In this document: positions 30,440 to 35,474 of the stretch, one piece after another
Layout: each line of letters opens with the position of its first letter
Position numbering within the stretch: the first letter of the stretch is position 1
Assembly (NCBI GenBank): GCA_035458445.1
Contig: DATHZU010000235.1
Coordinates: forward strand, 1-35,474
Length of the DNA stretch: 35,474 bases
Direction of reading: 5' to 3'
Source of the DNA: Thermohalobaculum sp.
Lineage (GTDB): Bacteria; Pseudomonadota; Alphaproteobacteria; Rhodobacterales; Rhodobacteraceae
Program-made: the position numbers and the translations under genes
The notes under the pieces: model-generated
The model's database searches: none
The model's input: only the letters and a program-made list of their open reading frames with translations
Told to the model about the DNA's origin: nothing

Positions 30440-31207
30440 ATGGCCATCGGACAGGAGCTTCTGAACGTCCCAATGGGTGACATGATCCGGCAGATGGCGT
30501 TTGCCATCGCGGACGGCCAATACAAGCTCGACGAGAACTCGATCAACGTCGCCGAGATGATGGGCGGCCTGACCACGGTCTATGACGAAAGGGGCGACGT
30601 CACCTTCGACGACAGCCGCGTCTTCTTCGGCTACGAGTACATGACCGTGAAGGAGGCCCGGGCCTATGCCGCGGTCGATGACGCCCTGTCCGGCAGCATG
30701 GACGACGACACCATCAAGCTGGGCGAGGTCCTGGACAAGATCATCAAGAGCGGCGACACCGACGACACCGAAATCCGGGTGCCGGTGCGCCATTCGATGA
30801 TGGAGCTCGGCTTCACGCCGACCTTCTATCAGTTCGTCGACACGATCATCGAGGTGAAGATCGCCATCAAGATCACCCGGACCCGCGAGTTTTCCCGGAC
30901 CCGGACCGACAAGAACCGCAACGCCGCCTCGTCGCACAAGCGCAAGCGCAGCTTCTGGGGCACCAGCCGGTCCAGCGCCCATCAATCCACGGTCGCGACC
31001 AGCCAGGTCGATGCCACCTATTCCGGCAAGTATTCCTACTCCGCTGAGGGCGCCAGCATCTTGCGCACCAAGATCACCCCGGTGCCGCCGCCGGCCATAC
31101 TGGAAGAAAGAATCCGTTCATTCATGGAAAGCGAGGAAGAGCGCCGCGCAGCGAGCCTCGAGAAGAAACGCAAGGAACTTGGCCTCGACACCCCGGCACC
31201 GGAATGA
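30440..31207 (+). CDS. Core-module paralogue 3 (acidic insert, basic hairpin)
   Basis: VPMGDMIRQMAFAIADGQYKLDENS, MMELGFTPTFYQF, VDATYSGKYSYSAEGASILRTKITPVPPP; strong AAGGAG RBS. Confidence 0.85.
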   Translation: MAIGQELLNVPMGDMIRQMAFAIADGQYKLDENSINVAEMMGGLTTVYDERGDVTFDDSRVFFGYEYMTVKEARAYAAVDDALSGSMDDDTIKLGEVLDKIIKSGDTDDTEIRVPVRHSMMELGFTPTFYQFVDTIIEVKIAIKITRTREFSRTRTDKNRNAASSHKRKRSFWGTSRSSAHQSTVATSQVDATYSGKYSYSAEGASILRTKITPVPPPAILEERIRSFMESEEERRAASLEKKRKELGLDTPAPE

Positions 31208-31232
31208 TCTCTGGCATTGAGGAGTCTTTGCC

Positions 31233-31802
31233 ATGACCGTTGGCACGGAACTTATGAACACCCCGTTCCCGGAGATGATCCGGCTGCTCGGGGTTGGCAT
31301 CGCGGAGGCGCAGTACGAGCTGGACCTGGTCTCGCTCAAGATCGCGCGGATGATGGCGGGCTACGCCCCCGATCCCGAACCGGAGGAGGGTCAGCCCCCG
31401 CCGGTCGTGGCGAGCCCGCCCGAGCGCAACATGCTGGTCCAGCTGGGGGACGGAAACGAATACTCGCTGCTGGAACTGGGCTTCACCCCGACCTTCTATC
31501 AGTTCGTCGATACGCTGATCGAACTGAAGATGTCGATCTCGGTGTCGCGCGAGACCAATATCTCGCGGTCGTCCACCCAGGTCAGGGCCAGCGTCAAGGG
31601 CAGCGTCGGGTTCTTCTCGGCGACGGCGAAGATGAACGTGAGCAGTGTCTCGGCCTCGTATTCGTCGAAATACCAGTACTCCGCCGAAGGCAGCTCGCTG
31701 ATCCGCACCAAGCTGGTGCCGGTGCCCGCGCCCGCGATCCTGGAGCAGCGCATTCGCTCGATGATCGCCAGCACGGTGGCCGCGGCGGAAGGTGAGGGCT
31801 AG
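31233..31802 (+). CDS. Core-module paralogue 4
   Basis: TPFPEMIRLLGVGIAEAQYELDLVS, LLELGFTPTFYQF, VSASYSSKYQYSAEGSSLIRTKLVPVPAP; GAGGAG RBS. Confidence 0.85.
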   Translation: MTVGTELMNTPFPEMIRLLGVGIAEAQYELDLVSLKIARMMAGYAPDPEPEEGQPPPVVASPPERNMLVQLGDGNEYSLLELGFTPTFYQFVDTLIELKMSISVSRETNISRSSTQVRASVKGSVGFFSATAKMNVSSVSASYSSKYQYSAEGSSLIRTKLVPVPAPAILEQRIRSMIASTVAAAEGEG

Positions 31803-31804
31803 CG

Positions 31805-32869
31805 ATGGTGCGGCGCAGTTGGCGCGATCTCGGCGCAGCGGGCGGGTCCGCGCCGCCCGGTGCTGCGGGGACAACCGCGCCGGCACGGCCGGGAGCGCCT
31901 GCCGGGCGCGGCGCTGGGGACCTGGAAGCCGCCGCCGCGATGGCGCCCGACGCGCGCCTGGGAGAGCTGTTGCGCCAGCGCCGCGCGCTGGAGGCGCGCA
32001 TCGCCGGGCTGGCAGGTCTGCCCGGTGCGCCCGGCGATGACGCGCAGACCGCACGCTATCCGGTGATGAGCTTTGCCGAGCGCAGGCGGGAGCAGGCCGA
32101 ATGGGCTGCACGCCGCAATGCGCTGCGCGCGCAGCAGGACGAGATTCGCGGCCGGACCGGCGACGCCGCCGGGGGGAGCCAGCCCGCTCCAGAGCCCGGC
32201 GGCTTGGCACCGACCCCGCTGGAGGCCCGTCTGGGCGCCGGTCTGCCGATCCGGACCGACCTGTCGTCCGGCCGGACCCATCTCGGTGCCGCGCGCGACT
32301 GGATTTCGGACCGCACCTCCGGCCTCCGCTCGGGCATCGGCGCGGCGCGGCGGCGGGTTCAGGAAGCGATCACGCCGGTCAACCGGGTGGCCGATGTGGG
32401 CAACGACCTGCAGCGGCAGACCGACGACGCCGGGCGGCAGCTTCGCGACCTTGACCGGCGCCTGGCTGAAGAAGGGGTCTCCGAGGCGGATCGCGCCGAG
32501 ATCCGAGATTCGATCGGAGGTGAGCAGATTTCGAAGGTCAGCGGCCCGCTTGCCCGCGCCAACAGTGCCTTGAACGCCCCGCGGCGGGCAGTCGAGCGGG
32601 TCGACGAGGGCTGGCAACGCAGGGAGCGCGCCGTCACCGGCGCGATGGACCGCTTCGGCAGTTACGCCGAGATGCGCGACCGGCGCCTGTCGCCCGAGAC
32701 CGGCGGTTCCGGTGATCTATTCGAGCGGATGCGCGCCAATCGGATGGCAGCGCTGGAGCGCCGCCGCGAGCAGCAGCGCGCCGAGGAACGCGACCAGGCC
32801 CGGCGCGACCGCGCCCGGCGGGCGAGCGCCGAGCGCCGCCGCGACGAAGCAAAGAAGGAAGAACGATGA
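31805..32869 (+). CDS. Arg/Ala-rich predicted coiled-coil protein, unknown function
   Basis: Fills the gap exactly (2 nt after the previous stop, ATGA overlap with the next gene); long charged helical runs such as RMAALERRREQQRAEERDQARRDRARR. Confidence 0.65.
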   Translation: MVRRSWRDLGAAGGSAPPGAAGTTAPARPGAPAGRGAGDLEAAAAMAPDARLGELLRQRRALEARIAGLAGLPGAPGDDAQTARYPVMSFAERRREQAEWAARRNALRAQQDEIRGRTGDAAGGSQPAPEPGGLAPTPLEARLGAGLPIRTDLSSGRTHLGAARDWISDRTSGLRSGIGAARRRVQEAITPVNRVADVGNDLQRQTDDAGRQLRDLDRRLAEEGVSEADRAEIRDSIGGEQISKVSGPLARANSALNAPRRAVERVDEGWQRRERAVTGAMDRFGSYAEMRDRRLSPETGGSGDLFERMRANRMAALERRREQQRAEERDQARRDRARRASAERRRDEAKKEER

Positions 32870-33513
32870 GCGACGGCGATTTCATTGCCGATACACTCGA
32901 AGCCATCCTTGTCGGCATGGCGGAAAGTCTCAGAGACGCCCAGGAGGCGCTCAACGCCGCGCCTTCGCTGGACAATTTCGGCCGCCCGGCGCCCCGGTAC
33001 CAGATCCCCAGCCTCGATTTCGAGATCGGTTTCCGGCTGGCGACCGAGACCAAACAGAGCGGCGGCGCCCGGCTGTTGATGATGCCGGTAAAGACCGGCG
33101 AGACCAGCAGCGAGGTGACCAGCCGCATCACCGGCCGCTTCGTCGCCGTGCCGCCGGGCGACGGGTTGCCGCTGCCGGTGCTGACCGCCGCGGCCACCCG
33201 CGACGCGGGCGGCAATATCGTCCTCGCGGTCTCGGCCAGCAACAGCGCTGGCGAAGTGCTGACCGGGGTGCCAATCGAGCTCAATTTCGACATGGAGGCC
33301 TCGCGTGCGCTGTCGCAGGCGGCCGGCGTCCAGACGCCACGGCTGGCAGGCGCAGTCACGCTGGGCGACGCGGTCCTGGTTACCGATGAGACCGGACAAG
33401 CGGCCACCAGCGTTTCACTGGCGCCCAGCCTGCAGCGACAGGCGGTAGTCGTGCTCAGCGCCGAGCTGGGCTCTGAAATGGTCCGTGTGACGCTGAGCAA
33501 GGAGATCGGCTGA
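32866..33513 (+). CDS. Divergent core-module paralogue 5 fused to an Ig-like (Big_1-like) domain
   Basis: LEAILVGMAESLRDAQEALN..RYQIPSLDFEIGFRL..TSRITGRFVAVPP, then IVLAVSASNSAGEVLTGVPIELNF..LVTDETGQAATSVSL. Confidence 0.75.
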   Translation: MSDGDFIADTLEAILVGMAESLRDAQEALNAAPSLDNFGRPAPRYQIPSLDFEIGFRLATETKQSGGARLLMMPVKTGETSSEVTSRITGRFVAVPPGDGLPLPVLTAAATRDAGGNIVLAVSASNSAGEVLTGVPIELNFDMEASRALSQAAGVQTPRLAGAVTLGDAVLVTDETGQAATSVSLAPSLQRQAVVVLSAELGSEMVRVTLSKEIG

Positions 33514-34757
33514 TGGTCGCTGTCGTCGTCGCCGCGAAGATCTTCACCGACGAGGGCAAGCCGGCGGTGGGCCATAATGTCGAGGTCCATTGCTTCTCGG
33601 TCAATGCCCGGAGCTGGCGGACGGTGCTGAACGCCCGCACCAACAATGCCGGAGTCGTGTCCGCCAGAATCCCTGAAGTTGCGACGTCAGGTGAGTTCGC
33701 GCCCGCATTCCGTCTCGTCGAGCCCGGCTCGCCGGTGCCACGCGTCCTGGCGACCGGAGGCATGGTGCAGTTCAATGCCAACTCGAAGATCCTGATGGTC
33801 GATTTCGGAGAGATCGAGCGACTGGAGGAGACCTCCTTCCAGCGCCAGCATGTGGCGTCCGCCTTCCGCAATACGAAGCACGTGACGGCCGGCGTTCCCA
33901 AGCGCCCCGAGGTCAACACGGTGGGCGTAACCCGGATGGTGCTGTCGAACCCGGCCCTGGTCGCGGGGTTTGCAACGCCCGGCGCCGCGGCCGCCACGCC
34001 CGACGCCACGGTCGCGCTGCTGGTCAGCAAGGAGACCGCAGCGTTCAAGAAGCGCGAGACCGAGTTGAATTCGCTGCTCATGGACAAGGACCGCCAGATC
34101 ATGGCGAAGACCGATAACCTGACGGTCGCTGAGAATCAGATCAAGAACCTGGAAGCGTCGCTCGCCACCGCCAGGGTAGCGGCGGAAGCGGCCCGGGGCG
34201 AAGCACAGGCCGCCAAGGCCGCCGAGGCCGCGGCCAAGGCGCAGGCGGAAGCCGCCAGGGTCGCAGCGCAGGCAAGCCCGAAACCGGCCACGACGGAGGC
34301 GGATGTCGGCACCCTTCTTTCCAATTTCGGCTCGAAACTGAACGTTGCCAACACCCAGATGAAGACCCGAAGCGTTGGGTACAAGGTGAGCAACGTCAAG
34401 CTGGACCTGCGGGGCAAATTGCTGAACGAAGGTCAGACCATCCAGATCGGTCGCGCGCCCGGCGATGCACCGGATGATTCCGGGCTCAGCGCCGAGTTGA
34501 TCCCTGACGATCCGGCGACCAGACCGGACTCCGTCGCCGTGCCGGACGTCTCCGGGCTGACAGAGGCGGCGGTGCGCCGGGTCCTGGCCTCGGTGGGCCT
34601 GCGGCTCAACCTGGCCACCAAGACGCTGGCTGACGGGCAGGGAACTGCTGGCCAGTCGATCCAGCAGCACCCCGCCGCCGGGTCCGATGCCAGGCGCGGC
34701 AGCAGCATTCTGGTCGTGTTCGGCGTACGCGCCACACCCCCAGCAGGGAAGGAATAG
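33513..34757 (+). CDS. Multidomain protein: N-terminal beta-sandwich, coiled coil, reduced core-like segment, C-terminal PASTA domain
   Basis: DEGKPAVGHNVEV..RTNNAGVV; coiled coil/Ala-rich linker; VPDVSGLTEAAVRRVLASVGL..QQHPAAGSDARRGSSILVVF; TGATG coupling to the upstream gene with an AAGGAG RBS. Confidence 0.78.
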   Translation: MVAVVVAAKIFTDEGKPAVGHNVEVHCFSVNARSWRTVLNARTNNAGVVSARIPEVATSGEFAPAFRLVEPGSPVPRVLATGGMVQFNANSKILMVDFGEIERLEETSFQRQHVASAFRNTKHVTAGVPKRPEVNTVGVTRMVLSNPALVAGFATPGAAAATPDATVALLVSKETAAFKKRETELNSLLMDKDRQIMAKTDNLTVAENQIKNLEASLATARVAAEAARGEAQAAKAAEAAAKAQAEAARVAAQASPKPATTEADVGTLLSNFGSKLNVANTQMKTRSVGYKVSNVKLDLRGKLLNEGQTIQIGRAPGDAPDDSGLSAELIPDDPATRPDSVAVPDVSGLTEAAVRRVLASVGLRLNLATKTLADGQGTAGQSIQQHPAAGSDARRGSSILVVFGVRATPPAGKE

Positions 34758-34760
34758 ACC

Positions 34761-35438
34761 ATGGTCGACTTGCGCAAGCTGACGAGAGAAGTGGTCGCCT
34801 CGCCGCTGGGCGACGTGATCGCCTCGGTGGGCGAGGGCGTGGCGGCGGCGCAAAACGCGCTGGACGAGGGATCGCTGGCGGCGGTGCTGGACATCTACTC
34901 GGAGAACGACGACCAGAAGCTGGCGCTGTTGCGCGAGATCGGCTACCGGCCCACCTTCTATGCCCTGCCCGAGACCATCGGCGAGGTGCGGGTGGCGCTG
35001 CGTCTGGGACAACGATCCGGGGCGCGGCCCCCGGCATCGGCGGCCCGCGCCGCGACGCCCGCGGTCTCGGCCAACCTGGCGCGGCTGGGGCTGAATACCG
35101 GGGTGGTGCCGCGGATGTACGCGACGCCGGTCGATGCGGGCTACGCCAACCAGTTCGCCTATTCCGCCGACATCAGCGCCAAGGTCACCTTCAAGATCGT
35201 CCCGATCCCGGCGCCGGAGGGCGCGGACGAGTTGCGCGTGGTCCCGACCGTCACCGGCCTCGAGGTTCCGGCCGCCCGCGACGCGCTGGAGGCGCTGGGT
35301 CTGGAGCCGGCCTTTGTCGACCAGGCCACCGGCAACACCGTGGCGAACCCGGACGACAAGGCGGCCGTGGCCGAGCAGTCGCCCGTTGCTGGAACCATCG
35401 CGCGTGCCTCGGATACCGTCACGCTGATGATCGTCTGA
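34761..35438 (+). CDS. Core-module paralogue 6 fused to a C-terminal PASTA domain
   Basis: SPLGDVIASVGEGVAAAQNALDEGS, LLREIGYRPTFYAL, VDAGYANQFAYS..KVTFKIVPIPAP, then VPTVTGLEVPAARDALEALGL..EQSPVAGTIARASDTVTLMI. Confidence 0.85.
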   Translation: MVDLRKLTREVVASPLGDVIASVGEGVAAAQNALDEGSLAAVLDIYSENDDQKLALLREIGYRPTFYALPETIGEVRVALRLGQRSGARPPASAARAATPAVSANLARLGLNTGVVPRMYATPVDAGYANQFAYSADISAKVTFKIVPIPAPEGADELRVVPTVTGLEVPAARDALEALGLEPAFVDQATGNTVANPDDKAAVAEQSPVAGTIARASDTVTLMIV

Positions 35439-35474
35439 GCCGTCAGGGCGGAACAGGAAAGGCCCCGGGGTCTC

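Noticed and set aside
26000-35474. Prophage, GTA, T6SS/eCIS, R-body (reb) or gas-vesicle identity for the unknown operon
   Set aside because: No terminase, capsid, sheath, baseplate, VgrG/PAAR or AAA ATPase motifs, and the repeated module lacks Reb or GvpA signatures. No integrase, tRNA or att repeat was seen, so it was not called a mobile element.
35455-35474. Start of a terminator hairpin (AAAGGCCCCGGGG) after the last gene
   Set aside because: The window ends before a second arm could be seen, so the operon end cannot be confirmed.

Overview
GC-rich alphaproteobacterial chromosome segment (Rhodobacterales-like gene order; inferred). Bases 1-26000 are mostly housekeeping genes: ald(3' end)-usp-alanine/glycine symporter, a GGEEF diguanylate cyclase, nadK-AI-2E-hdaA-ppk1-ppx, proS-lolC/E-lolD, glyA, and nrdR-ribD-[kpsS + capsule export lipoprotein, antisense]-ribE-ribB(X)-ribH-nusB. 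Two small accessory modules sit among them: a Slam (type XI secretion) transporter with its poly-Gly-linked surface lipoprotein, and an ADP-ribosylglycohydrolase plus a DM13 protein. The stand-out region is 26260-35438: a tightly packed 10-gene + strand operon of unannotatable proteins behind an AT-rich promoter. Five genes clearly encode paralogues of one helix/long-beta-hairpin module (motifs IAxAQxxLDxxS, LGFTPTFY, S..I...LVxxPxP), and two more carry divergent copies. The copies are decorated with an OmpA-like domain, two PASTA domains, Ig-like domains and coiled coils. A TPR protein, a protein of five L7/L12-CTD-like repeats and an Arg-rich coiled-coil protein complete the operon. None has a visible signal peptide. 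It looks like an undescribed hetero-oligomeric, peptidoglycan-targeting tube/pore/filament assembly. All family calls are from motif recognition by eye; no database searches were run.
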